Shown here in pieces: positions 1 through 11,809 of a stretch of DNA of 64,000 bases. The number at the start of each line of letters is the position of its first letter. Position 1 is the stretch's first letter. The notes under the pieces were generated by a model, which was not told where the DNA came from, did no database searches, and worked only from the letters and a program-made list of their open reading frames with translations. The DNA is taken from positions 372,001 to 436,000 of the forward strand of contig NIVC01000200.1 of NCBI GenBank assembly GCA_002269645.1, in the 5' to 3' direction. A program made the translations under genes and the position numbers. Origin of the DNA: Macrostomum lignano (Eukaryota).

Positions 1-232
1 TGGTGCTGGCCCCACTTGGTGCTGGCGCCTTTTGATGCTGGCGCCACTTGGTGCTGGCGCCCCTTGGTGCTGGCGCCCCTTGGTGCTGGCGCCCCTTGGT
101 GCTAGTGCCCCTTGGTGCTGGCGCCCCTTGGTGCTGGCGCCCCTTGGTGCTGGCGCCCCTTGGTGCTGGCGCCCCTTGGTGCTGGCGCCCCTTGGTGCTG
201 GCGCCCCTTGGTGCTGGTGCTGGCGCCACTTG
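1..232. repeat. 16-bp minisatellite (TGGTGCTGGCGCCCCT)n, runs off the left edge
   Basis: About 14 near-identical units read directly; explains ORFs 32..250, 48..281 and 112..357. Confidence 0.95.
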
Positions 233-747
233 GTGCGAAGGCAACTTTAGTCCTTTTCATCTTGAAAAAATATCGTTGTAGGCTTCATTTCTTAGAATGC
301 TTTTTTGTTAATCTACTACCACAAAATTGTTATTATTTATTTGTTTCTATTTTGTAGAGAAACCGCCTCTACCTCACCTGTGTCTGTTGCTCGTCGTGTT
401 ATTTATTGAACGAAGCGACAGGTTTGAAAATGTGTTTATTATATTGGAAACAAAATTATTTTTCAATAATTATTGAATGATTGACAACTAGGATAGTTAT
501 AGTTTAGTTAGGATATTTTAGATTGTTTATTTACAAATTTTTTCTCAATTTTACCCGCGCCACCCCGAAACAGCTGCTCATATTTTTGCAGACAGCTAAC
601 TGGTTGCAAAGCTGTTGGATCGTTAATTCGAAATTCGTTACGTCGAAAATTCGGGCCGCGTGACAAAGCCAATAATGATGACTTTTATTTCGAAAACTGT
701 TTTGCTTCTAACGCACACCCCCTCGTTTTTTTAATTCCATATTTCAG

Positions 748-1371
748 ATGTGTCTCTCTTCAGACTCGATGAAGGCTAGCAAGTTTGCCTACAAGACCTG
801 CGACTTAGGCTGTCACGACGTGTGCGACCTGCTATTAACCTCCATGACTAAATTGCAGAAATTTGACAAACCAATCCGTGGCCGATTTCGTCCGCAAATG
901 CGACGCGAGGCCAGGCCGTTTCTCGACCGTATCCTGGTTAATAATTGCCTCCGGCGGCTGTGCGACATCATGACTAAGGAGGCTGGATTAGCCGATGAAG
1001 ATGTCAGTAGGAAGCGTCCTGTTGAGGAGGGCCAGTCTCACAGGGACAGTTATGAGAGCGAATGCTCAATTGAAACTAAGAAGATTTGCCTGTCTAATGA
1101 CAAAAATAATCATACTGATAACAGTAACCATGGTAACAGCAAATTTCAGCATCGACGCTTAAACTCCCTAGTATTGGTGACTGAGAATTACCAGCCGGTC
1201 AGACTGACCCCAGCATCTTCGCCATCGTCTTTGGAGGAGAAGAAGAACATGAAGAAGAGAGTCGGTGGCAACAACAAATTGGGAAGATCTCGACGTCGGC
1301 GTCTTCAACGATTGCGTCAGCGTCTGCGCCAGCGTCAACTGAGGGAGCTGCTTGACGGGAGGGAAATCTGA
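748..1371 (+). CDS. 207-aa protein with SERTA/IER-like N-terminal motif and basic Arg-rich C-terminus
   Basis: Non-repetitive ORF. The ATG follows a pyrimidine tract and tttcAG (746-747); candidate 5'UTR donor cag|gtttga at 422. Shares a gap-free 55-aa motif with the ORF at 2665. Confidence 0.75.
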   Translation: MCLSSDSMKASKFAYKTCDLGCHDVCDLLLTSMTKLQKFDKPIRGRFRPQMRREARPFLDRILVNNCLRRLCDIMTKEAGLADEDVSRKRPVEEGQSHRDSYESECSIETKKICLSNDKNNHTDNSNHGNSKFQHRRLNSLVLVTENYQPVRLTPASSPSSLEEKKNMKKRVGGNNKLGRSRRRRLQRLRQRLRQRQLRELLDGREI

Positions 1372-1517
1372 CTAATGTAAACAATTACCCTATTTTAATG
1401 ACGATGTGTTGATAGTTGGGTGTCTGCACATTTCTTTTGTCTTTGAGTATAACCATGGCTTGTAAATCTTGATTTTATGCATCATACGATATTTGCTTTT
1501 TAATTGATCATTTAACC

Positions 1518-2041
1518 CAGGGGTCGGCAAAGTCTTTATCCGGCACTCGGGGGTCCTTTGAAACTTCATAATAGCAATCCGGTCTGTTCAAGGTTTGTCT
1601 CTTCTCACCTCTCTTCTCAATTTCATCTCCCCCCCTCTCCCCTGGCCCTCGAGGTAAAAAAGTTTGCCTATTTTTTTAGAGGCAGGGGGGTTGTGTGCAC
1701 CCTGGCGCACTTTAAGCGACTTAGGCACAACTGGGAGAGGCATTACTGCCCATTCCGCCGACTCCCCTGAGCAGGCATACAAGCGCGCGGATACGTACGC
1801 AGGCACACACTCACACAGGAGTGTACAGCGGCACTAACTTTATTTTATCGTTAGGCATGTACACTTCACTGCGCCTTGGGGGGTTGGCTCTCAAGGCCGT
1901 TAATTGCACGAGCAGAGCCAAGCCGAGATTCCAATTCAGCCCCAAATTAATGTGACTGCATTTGGAATCGAGCCTGGGTCGCTGGCACACTAGAGCAGCT
2001 GCGCTACCGCTGGGCTACGGGCCCCCTTTTGCCGACCCCTA
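1518..2041. mobile_element. hAT-like non-autonomous DNA transposon (MITE)
   Basis: Perfect 13-bp TIR AGGGGTCGGCAAA (1519-1531) / TTTGCCGACCCCT (2028-2040), YAG termini, degenerate 8-bp TSD ATTTAACC (1510-1517) / AGCTAACC (2042-2049). Confidence 0.7.
1955..2026 (-). mobile_element. tRNA-derived SINE-like head inside the MITE
   Basis: Minus strand GGGGCCCGTAGCCCAGCGGTAGCG...CCAGGCTCGATTCC: A-box TAGCCCAGCGG and near B-box GGCTCGATTCC; no proper cloverleaf. Confidence 0.55.
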
Positions 2042-2321
2042 AGCTAACCCAATGTGTCAGCTTTTGTTTGATTATGCAAATCATGCTTTCAATAATACTT
2101 ATTGTATTGTAAAGTTGTCTGCTAACTACAACATTAACTTGTAGTAGTTTAACTGTCAAATTTATTGTATTGGATTGTAATCAATATTTATAAATAAAAA
2201 ATGCGATGTAAAAAGATTTTGCCTGTATGAATTTTAAAAATTTGCGCATGAGTTTTTGTTTTTTATTTTTTATATTACAGATCAAAATTTAGGCCTAGTA
2301 GCATCAAACAGAGGTCAAGGA

Positions 2322-2568
2322 GTCAGTTTTAAGAGGGCGGTCAAGGGGTCAGTTCTAAGAGGTATTAGGTGGTCAGTTCTAAGAAAGAGTTCAAAGGGCC
2401 AGTTTTACAAAGGCGTGAATGGAGTCAGTTCTAAGAGGGGTCAATGGAGTCAGTTGTAAGAGGGGTCAATGGAGTCAGTTCTAAGAGGGGTCAATGGAGT
2501 CAGTTCTAAGAGGAGTCAATGGAGTCAGTTCTAAGAGGGGTCAATGGAGTCAGTTCTGAGAGGGGTCA
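2322..2568. repeat. 25-bp minisatellite (AGGGGTCAATGGAGTCAGTTCTAAG)n
   Basis: About 10 units, degenerate at the left end. Confidence 0.9.
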
Positions 2569-2664
2569 CGAAAATCACGTGTTTTACGAAAATAAACTGT
2601 CATTAAATACAAATACACAAAATATTTTCTAAAAATAAATTTATGATCAATAAAAAAGTTCAAC

Positions 2665-3012
2665 ATGGACTCTTCATCCGTTAAAAATGGCGCGTCTGCT
2701 TCTAGTAAGAGTTTTGACTCAACCACCAGCCTAGTGAGCAATAGTCTATGGCCAAACTGTCCCAACGGCTGTCACGACGCCTGTTCCCTAGCCGCCCTAT
2801 CGGTGCACAAAGCCCAAATTGCTGGCGTGTCTCTGCCTGGCAGATTTCGAATCACTATGCGCCGGGTGCACGGTTCTCTGCATCAGCAGTTGCTGTTGAA
2901 TCGCTCCGTACGCTGGCTTTGTCAGCGTCTGTTGTTGAGCGAATCGTCTGAAGACTCGACCGCGTCTCATCAGGAGTCTAACGATTGCGAATCTACTTCG
3001 TCTCGTTGTTGA
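2665..3012 (+). CDS. 115-aa paralog of the 748..1371 protein (SERTA/IER-like motif)
   Basis: CPNGCHDACSL...GRFRITMRR...LLLNRSVRWLC aligns without gaps to CDLGCHDVCDL...GRFRPQMRR...ILVNNCLRRLC (22/55 identical), with synonymous codon changes. Confidence 0.7.
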   Translation: MDSSSVKNGASASSKSFDSTTSLVSNSLWPNCPNGCHDACSLAALSVHKAQIAGVSLPGRFRITMRRVHGSLHQQLLLNRSVRWLCQRLLLSESSEDSTASHQESNDCESTSSRC

Positions 3013-4257
3013 ATTTGCGATTGCTACTATGAGTAGCTTGGCTGCGCACAAATATACAGTTTTCTATTTATTAAGTCAAAAAGACGCTAAGATCGTAACA
3101 TTAAGGGTTCATGGAACGCCAACAAGGTTTTTACCATAGAGTGTCTCGCTGTGACAAACAAAGTTTAGCCTTGAATCATTCAATCTATTGATGAAGTCTA
3201 GTTACACAATGGGTTGCATATCAAAGAGAATGCATAACAGCATTTCTGTTTACGAGCTTCTTTAAAATATTGATTGAATTATGAATCTCTGCTTGTTTAC
3301 AGTCCACTTAATGGTCACTAATTAGGCCCACTAAATAAGTAAGCACCACTTCTTGCTAAATTATCATATACGCAAAAGTTTGTGGTCTACAAGTGATTAA
3401 AAGTGAAGTTCTATTTTTTTCTATTTAAAAAAACGTCACTAGTAATATTCGATTTCTTGACTTTTATGTTTCAAGGCTGATGAAGCTATAGTTGATTTAT
3501 CAGTTGGTAACTAAGCAAGATTTTAATAACTGTATCTAATACCATTTGCAGTTTTAAAAAATTCAAGTTTAAAAGAATTTTTATTTTTTCGTTTTATTAA
3601 AAAATCAATATAGTAAAACAAATATACTTTTTAGCTTCCACTTTGTCATTTATTAAGTAATGAAAAGTTTGAATTTTTTCAAGATTGTTTGGCATTTCCT
3701 TCAAATTTATCATGTCTTTTTTTAATTAGTAGCCGTACTAGCAATAAACCAGTCATTTGAAATAATACATTTTCCTAATTAATAGTCGTAATCTAACTTG
3801 TGCAAAAGCCAAAACTTTCATTCCTGCAAAAGTTTGTCAGCGTTTTGTATTAAATAATAAAAATGCTATCAGTGCCTGAATATAATTTTTGTCCCATGTC
3901 GAGCATCATATTTTAAATTGCAAAAATATTGTTATTTAATAAATATTGAATTATTATTCTCGCCTTTCTTCCCACAAATAATAGTGTCGATTATCCGGTA
4001 ATTCCTATTTTAAGTAGTCAAAAATGCGCTTATTTATTTTTTATTGAGTTCTTTTTATTATTATATTTCTATATTATCTTTACAATTGCAAGCATTACGG
4101 AATGCAAAAATAAATGGCCTGGATTTACCAGGTTGACTAAATCTCTTGGTCCCGTGTCTGCTCGAGTATCGTGTTTGAATTTTAGCGCTTTTATGGTTTT
4201 ATTATCTCCGTTTTGCTATAATTTGCATAGAAAATTAGCTCTAGGATTCGTTCTAAT

Positions 4258-4462
4258 GGCATGTGGCATAGAGTCTCCATATTCTAGTGGCATTGAGTCT
4301 CCATATTCTAGTGGCATTGAGTCTCCATATTCTAGTGGCATTGAGTCTCCATATTCTAGTGGCATTGAGTCTCCATATTCTAGTGGCATAGAGTCTCCAT
4401 ATTCTAGTGGCATTGAGTCTCAATATTCTAGTGGCATAGAGTCTACATATTCTAGTGGCATA
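4258..4462. repeat. 24-bp minisatellite (TGGCATTGAGTCTCCATATTCTAG)n
   Basis: About 8 units; source of the SSGIESPY ORF. Confidence 0.95.
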
Positions 4463-4479
4463 GTCTCTAATATCACAAT

Positions 4480-6470
4480 GACACAACAAAAGTGACACAA
4501 TTCCAACAAACAACTGACACAAATCCAACACACAACTGACACAAATCCAACACGCAACTGACACAATTCCAACACAACTGACACAAACCTAATACACAAC
4601 TGACACAATTCCAAAATAGAACAACTGACACAATTCCAAAATACAACAACTGACACAATTCCAAAATACAACAACTGACACAATTCCAACACACAACTGA
4701 CACAATTCCAACACACAACAACTGACACAAATCCTAGACACAACTGACACAAATCCAATACACAACTGACACAATTCCAAAATACAACAACTGACACAAA
4801 TCCAACACACAACTGACACAAATCCAACACAACTGACACAAACCCAATACACAACTGACACAATTCCAAAATACAACAACTGACACAAATCAAATACACA
4901 ACTGACACAATTCCAAAATACAACAACTGACACAAATCAAATACACAACTGTAACAAATCCAATACACAACTGACACAATTCCAATACACAACTGACACA
5001 ATTTCAAAATACAACAACTGTCACAAATCAAATACACAACTGACACAATTCCAACACACAACTGACACAATTCCAATACACAACTGACACAATTTCAAAA
5101 TACAACAACTGACAGAAATCAAATACGCAACTGACACAATTCCAACACACAACTGACACAATTCCAACACACAACTGACACAATTCCAACACGCAACTGA
5201 CACAATTCCAACACAACTGACACAAACCTAATACACAACTGACACAATTCCAAAATACAACAACTGACACAATTCCAAAATACAACAACTGACACAATTC
5301 CAACACACAACTGACACAATTCCAACACACAACAACTGACACAATTCCAACACACAACTGACACAATTCCAACACACAACAACTGACACAAATCCTAGAC
5401 ACAACTGACACAATTCCAATACACAACTGACACAATTCCAAAATACAACAACTGACACAAATCCAACACACAACTGACACAAATCCAACACAACTGACAC
5501 AAACCCAATACACAACTGACACAATTCCAAAATACAACAACTGACACAAATCAAATACACAACTGACACAATTCCAAAATACAACAACTGACACAAATCA
5601 AATACACAACTGTCACAAATCCAATACACAACTGACACAATTCCAATACACAACTGACACAATTCCAATACACAACTGACACAATTTCAAAATGCAACAA
5701 CTGACAGAAATCAAATACGCAACTGACACAATTCCAACACACAACTGACACAATTCCAACACACAACTAACACAATTCCAACACACAACTGACACAATTA
5801 GCACACAACTGACTCAATTCCAAAATACAACAACTGACACAAATCAAATACACAACTGACACAATTCCAAAATGCAACAACTGACACAAATCAAATACAC
5901 AACTGTCACAAATCCAATACACAACTGACACAATTCCAATACACAACTGACACAATTCCAAAATACAACAACTGACAGAAATCAAATACGCAACTGACAC
6001 AATTCCAACACACAACTGACACAATTCCAACACACAACTGACACAATTAACACACAACTAACACAATTCCAACACACAACTGACACAATTCCAACACACA
6101 ACTGACACAATTAACACACAACTGACACAATTCCAAAATACAACAACTGTCACAAATCAAATACACAACTGACACAATTTCAAAATTCAACAACTGTCAC
6201 AAATTAAATACACAACTGACACAATTCCAACACACAACTGACACAATTAACACTCAACTAACACAATTCCAACACACAACTGACACAATTCCAACACACA
6301 ACTGACACAATTAACACACAACTGACACAATTCCAAAATACAACAACTGACAGAAATCAAATACACAACTGACACAATTCCAACACACAACTAACACAAT
6401 TCCAACACAACTGACACAATTCCAACACATAACTGATACAATTAACACACAGTTTACACAAGTCCAACAC
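4480..6470. repeat. C/A-rich 19-25-bp minisatellite (CTGACACAATTCCAACACACAA variants)
   Basis: About 2 kb of variant units ending just before the PFDN6 start; source of many Cys/Val-rich minus-strand ORFs. Confidence 0.95.
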
Positions 6471-6485
6471 AAATCATGCATGCCC

Positions 6486-6863
6486 ATGGCTGAAGGCATT
6501 GAGAAACGCTTCCAAGCGGAGGTAGAGAAGTTGAAAGCTCTGCACGCTGAACTAAGCAAAAGTGTACAAGCTGTACAGAAGCTGGAATCGCAGATGCAGG
6601 AGAACAAGTCGGTGCAAGAGGAGATGGAGCTACTGGGTTCCGATGCCGTCATCTACAAGCTCGAAGGTCCCGTACTAGTTAAACAGGACACCGCGGAAGC
6701 GCTGCAAAATGTTGGCAAACGAATCGGCTACATTAAAGAGGAAGCGAAGCGTCACGAAGCTCAAATTAAAGATTTGGAAAAGAAGCGCGAAGAGCTTCAA
6801 TCTACGCTTGGCCGACTGCAGCAGCAGTTTCAGCAGGCGCAAGTGAAAGCGGCTGCTAGATAA
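6486..6863 (+). CDS. PFDN6: Prefoldin subunit 6 (beta), intronless
   Basis: MAEGIEKRFQAEVEKLK...QENKSVQEEMELL...IYKLEGPVLVKQD...NVGKRIGYI matches the prefoldin-6 family. An in-frame ATG also lies at 6480. Confidence 0.93.
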   Translation: MAEGIEKRFQAEVEKLKALHAELSKSVQAVQKLESQMQENKSVQEEMELLGSDAVIYKLEGPVLVKQDTAEALQNVGKRIGYIKEEAKRHEAQIKDLEKKREELQSTLGRLQQQFQQAQVKAAAR

Positions 6864-7349
6864 ATAAGCCATAGTTTAGTTGATTGACAGACTGACTGAT
6901 TGCTTAGCTTGATTAATAAGTTCTCAGCTTAAGTTTTTTCTACATATACCGGTATATATAATCTTCTATGGAAGTAGGTGTATCGTTTAAGTAAACAAGC
7001 ATTCATTGCTTTTTTAATTTCAAATAAAACTATTTGTTGGCCTTTGTTAAATAACACTTTCCATCTGCGTATAATTATTTAATTTTGTCATGATTATTAC
7101 TTATAGGCCTTGGATTAATTAGTTAATTGATCAAATTATTAAGGTGTAGCCACAGGTCGTTAGGCCACTGGATCAGTACCCATAGTTATGTGGAGAGAAA
7201 TTTGCACCATTTCACCGGAAGTTATATTGAATACCATACAGTAAGTGAAATTTAGCTATTAGTAATGCAAATACTGTCAGCTAGTTTGCATATTTTATTC
7301 GTTTCACTTTGCGTTCGGCTGAGATCTTGCTTAAACACAGTGTTAAACT

Positions 7350-7389
7350 AGGCAGACAAACAGACAGACACTGAGACACTAACACAGAA

Positions 7390-7460
<71 letters not shown>

Positions 7461-7750
7461 TAGATAGACAGACACTGAGACACTAACACAGACAGACAGA
7501 CAGAGAGACACTAACACAGACAGACAGAAAGACAGACAGACAGACAGACAGACACTGAGACACTAACACAGACAGACAGACAGACACTGAGACACTAACA
7601 CAGACAGACAGACAGACACTGAGACACTAACACAGACAGATAGACAGACAGACAGACAGATAGATAGACAGACAGGCAGACAGACGAACAGACAGATAGA
7701 CACACAGACAGACAGACAGACAGAAATAGAAGGACACAGACAGGACACAG
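7350..7750. repeat. (ACAG)n microsatellite with ACTGAGACACTA interruptions
   Basis: Read directly. Confidence 0.95.
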
Positions 7751-8010
7751 CAAGTGTAGAGTCTATATTGACCAGTATCAACCAGTAGAGCTAACAAACA
7801 CCCCCACCTCTAGTTGTCGGTATTCAGTTGGTTGCTAAGACTAATCTAAATTATTTGCGAGTAGAAGTCCTAAGCTGGTCACTCTGTGCATTTCTTGCTA
7901 CCCTTGAGACAAGTCTCTAGCCATTAACTACAAATAGAAGAATCTATAATAAAAACTATAACAACTGCATGTTAACTGTCAACAATCTGAGAACTAGCTA
8001 AGATCAAGAG

Positions 8011-11000
8011 ATGGATCCAGTTCAATGCGAGCATCTAGTAGCTTCGGCCGCGGCCGAGGAGCGAACCTGTCCAGTTTGTCTAGAAGAGATCGACTGCGCC
8101 AGAGTGCTGGACTGCGGACACTGCATGTGCGACACCTGCGCTGTGCGTTACTGTAGAAATCTACTTGGTAGAAAGCGACCTACTATTAGTAGTCTGCTAG
8201 TTGTTGGTCCGGTTGCTTGTCCGAAATGTCGCGACGTTAGTCTGGTAGCGTTGGACTCGGCTAAGTCTTTAGTTGGCCTACCGGAGACTGGGAAACTGAC
8301 CGCTCTTGTGTCGGTTTGTCAAGGATTTGTCAACAATCCCGGCCTGTTTCTTGGAATTGAAGAGGAAGTGACGGAGGATTGCGAAGAAGAACTGAGCGAC
8401 GGTGAAGGCGGCAGAATTACTGGCGACGGTGATCTGGAGACTAGGTTGGTTTTATTGCACCTTTAAATGGTACATGTTTTCTTTTGTCTTGGATCTATAG
8501 ACAGGCAGGCTCTCTAACAGTGATCTATAGACACTAGCAGGCTCTTTAACAGTGATCTATAGACATCAGGCTCTCTAACAGTTTTCTATAGGCATACATG
8601 CTCTCTAACAGTTATCTATAGGCATACATGCTCTCTAACAGTTATCTATAGGCATACATGCTCTCTAACAGTTATCTATAGGCATATAGGCTCTTTAACA
8701 GTGATCTATGGACGGTTGGTGATCTACAGACAAATATCTTCTATTAAAGTGATCTACAAATTTGCTCTCTAACAGATTTGATCCATAGACAGGAATATTC
8801 TCTGACAGAGGCCTATAGATGCGGTGCATTCTGTCAGCAGTATTATTCTTTATGCAGAAATTTTCAAAGCCATTCACAACGCAAACAGACTGCAGGCCCA
8901 TCTTCAGTCGGCCGGCCAGGAGCTGTCCAATCTGCGTCAGGAGTCGCGCAATCTGCGCCAAGAAATTCGAGCCCAAGCTTCAATGGCCGCCGCTGAAACC
9001 GAAACGGAAACCGAAATTTCGGACGAGGCAGAAGCGATCGATTCGCTGGTCCGACGTCTATCGTCGATTTTCTCCGGCCCAGCTGATCGACTTGTCCGTC
9101 GTCAAGAGGCCGCCAGGCTGCGTTTAGAAGCCGCTTGGCTTCGGCTTCGTTGCCTACAATTTGCTCGCAGTTGCTATGGCAACGGTTTCCTAGGCAATTT
9201 TGCTAAAGCTTGGCGAACTGTTGCTTCAAATTCGGCCGAAGTTAAACAGGCCGCCGATCCGACTGCGTGGGATGATGCAGCTTTGCAGCTTCGTCGGGAC
9301 TCCTTTGTTGCTTGGGCAATCGCCGTTGCTAAGGACGCTAGTAAAGATGGTGCACTAGATTCTGAGGAGACTGTGACAGCTGCTGTAGCCGAGGCCGCTG
9401 CTGCTGCCGCCACTGATAGGTCTGGAGCGGCTGGCGCTACCGGGACTTCGAGTCCGGTATCAGCTGAAGGTCAAAGACGCATAGTTCAAACTAAACTGCT
9501 GTGGCGAGTGGGTCGTGGAGGCGAAGGGCCGCTGGAGTTCCGCTGGCCAGTGCACGCCAATTTTGTGTCCAACGATCGCGTGGCCGTCTGCGACAAGAAT
9601 AACTGCAGGGTGCAGCTGCTGAGCTTGAAGACTGGCGAGTTTATGCAGTTTATGGGCAGCGGCTGCTTGAAGCCGAGGCGGATTCTGCAGGTGAGAACAG
9701 AATCAAATGACTAGATTCTTGTGTACTTCATCATCGTAAACTCTACAATTCCATCAACTTTTAGAGTCAAAACGGCAAATTCTACGTTTGCGATGAGAAT
9801 GCAGCCTGCGTGAAAGTGTTCAACGAGCAGCTGGAGCTGGTTGGCAGACTGGGAGATGGCATCTTCCATTGCCCGTCGGGTGAGAGTTGGTGTACTTTTA
9901 ATTTGGCCTCTGTCGCCCTCCCAGATCCTCAGTTGCTGGGCCAGCCTCCCAGATCCTCAGTTTCTGGTCCAGTTTCCCAGATCCTCAGTTGCTGGGCCAG
10001 CCTCCCAGATCCTCAGTTGCTGGGCCAACCTCCCAGATCCTCAGTTTCTGGTCCAGCCTCCCAGATTCTCAGTTGCTGGGCCAGCCTCCCAGATCCTCAG
10101 TTGCTGGTCCAGCCTCCCAGATTCTCAGTTGCTGGGCCAACCTCCCAGATCCTCAGTTTCTGGTCCAGCCTCCCAGATTCTCAGTTGCTGGGCCAGCCTC
10201 CCAGATCCTCAGTTGCTGGGCCAGCCTCCCAGATCCTCAGTTGCTGGGCCAGCCTCCCAGATCCCCAGTTGCTGGACCAGCCTCCCAGATCCCCAGTTGC
10301 TGGACCAGCCTCCCAGATCCCCAGTTGCTGGGCCAGCCTCCCAGATTCTCAGTTGCTGGGCCAGCCTCCCAGATCCTCAGTTGCTGGGCCAGCCTCCCAG
10401 TTCCTCAGTTGCTGGGCCAGCCTCCCAGATCCCCAGTTGCTGGGCCATCAGCCTCCCAGATCGTCAGTTGCTGGGCCAGCCTCCCAGATCCTCAGTTGCT
10501 GGACCAGCAGCCTCTCAGATCCTCAGTTTCTGGGGCAGCCTTCCAGATTCTCGTTGCTGGGCCGGGCAGCCCCTTAATTTCCATTCCCAGGCATTTAATA
10601 AAGTCACCCAGAAGAATCAATGTCATTCAAACTTACCGCAGGCATCGCCGAGACACGCAACGGTCACATAGTGCTGTCAGATCTGGACCACGCATTCGTG
10701 GTGGTCATCAGCCCGGACACCGGGGAGATTGTGCGCAAATTCCACACCCGCCTGGCAGGCGATGACTATATTCCGTCGCCGCATTTCGTATCGTTGGACG
10801 ATGACGATTTCATATTGGTGTCCGACAGCTTGAATAACACTGTGAAGGTAGATTCTCTATGCGATTGTGTACTTACTGAATGCACGATTTATCAACAGAC
10901 TGGCTGTCAGACAGAAACAGCAGACAGCCAGGCGGACACAGCAAATAGGCAGACACAGCAGACAGGCAGGCGGACACAGCAGACAGTCAGACAGACAGAC

Positions 11001-11809
11001 AGGCAGACACAACAGAGACAGACACAGCAGACAGTCAGACAGACAGGCAGGGAGACACAACAGAGACAGACACAGCAGACTGTCAGACAGACAGGCAGGG
11101 AGACACAACATAGACAGACACAGCAGACTGTCAGACAGACAGGCAGGGAGACACAACATAGACAGACACAGCAGACTGTCAGACAGACAGGCAGGGAGAC
11201 ACAACAGAGACAGACACAGCAGACTGTCAGACAGACAGGCAGGGAGACACAACATAGACAGACACAGCAGACTGTCAGACAGGGAGACACAACAGAGACA
11301 GACACAGCAGACTGTCAGACAGACAGGCAGGGAGACACAACAGAGACAGACACAGCAGACTGTCAGACAGGCAGGGAGACACAACAGAGACAGACACAGC
11401 AGACTGTCAGACAGGTAGACACAACAGAGACAGACACAGAGGGCAGACAGCCACAGCAGACTCCCTTCTACCGCAACAGATCTTCGATCCGCGCGGCCGA
11501 ATATCCGGCCGAATCCGCGGCTTCAAATGTCCCCGCGGCCTGGCCGTGGACCACCGCGGCAACCTGCTAGTGGTGAACGCTGACACCCACTCGGTGTCGC
11601 TGTTCACCAGCCTTGGCAAGCATCTGCAGCTGGTGCTGTCAGCTCGCGACGGGCTGAACTTTCCAATGTCGGCCGCCTTCGACAAGGACCGACACCAGCT
11701 GTTGTTGACGCAGTGCAACGTCTATGGCCAGTGCGAGGTGCTGCTGTACCAGATGGAGTATCTGGACAACGAGGTAGACGATGTCAAGGACGCCATCAAA
11801 GACGTTTAA
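8011..11809 (+). CDS. RING (C3HC4) + coiled-coil + NHL-repeat protein (TRIM-NHL-like E3 ligase), about 645 aa, 5 exons
   Basis: Exons 8011-8444, 8838(or 8841)-9690, 9765-9879, 10642-10847, 11480-11809, all GT-AG and phase-consistent. [21 protein letters not shown]; NHL repeats ([58 protein letters not shown]). Confidence 0.85.
8490..8815. repeat. 30-bp minisatellite (GTTATCTATAGGCATACATGCTCTCTAACA)n, RING-NHL intron 1
   Basis: About 10 variant units. Confidence 0.9.
9915..10565. repeat. 28-bp minisatellite (CCCAGATCCTCAGTTGCTGGGCCAGCCT)n, RING-NHL intron 3
   Basis: About 23 units; same family at 18155-18390 and 55285-56160. Confidence 0.95.
10900..11455. repeat. 48-bp ACAG-derived minisatellite, RING-NHL intron 4
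   Basis: Unit ACAGACAGGCAGGGAGACACAACAGAGACAGACACAGCAGACTGTCAG. Confidence 0.9.

Noticed and set aside
4133-6057. SSGIESPY-repeat ORF and many Cys/Val-rich ORFs
   Set aside because: Products of the 24-bp and about 21-bp arrays; no unique coding context.
9810-10765. Pro/Gln/Ser-rich ORFs in all three frames (also 55245-56196)
   Set aside because: Translations of the 28-bp minisatellite; the real reading frame is spliced around it.
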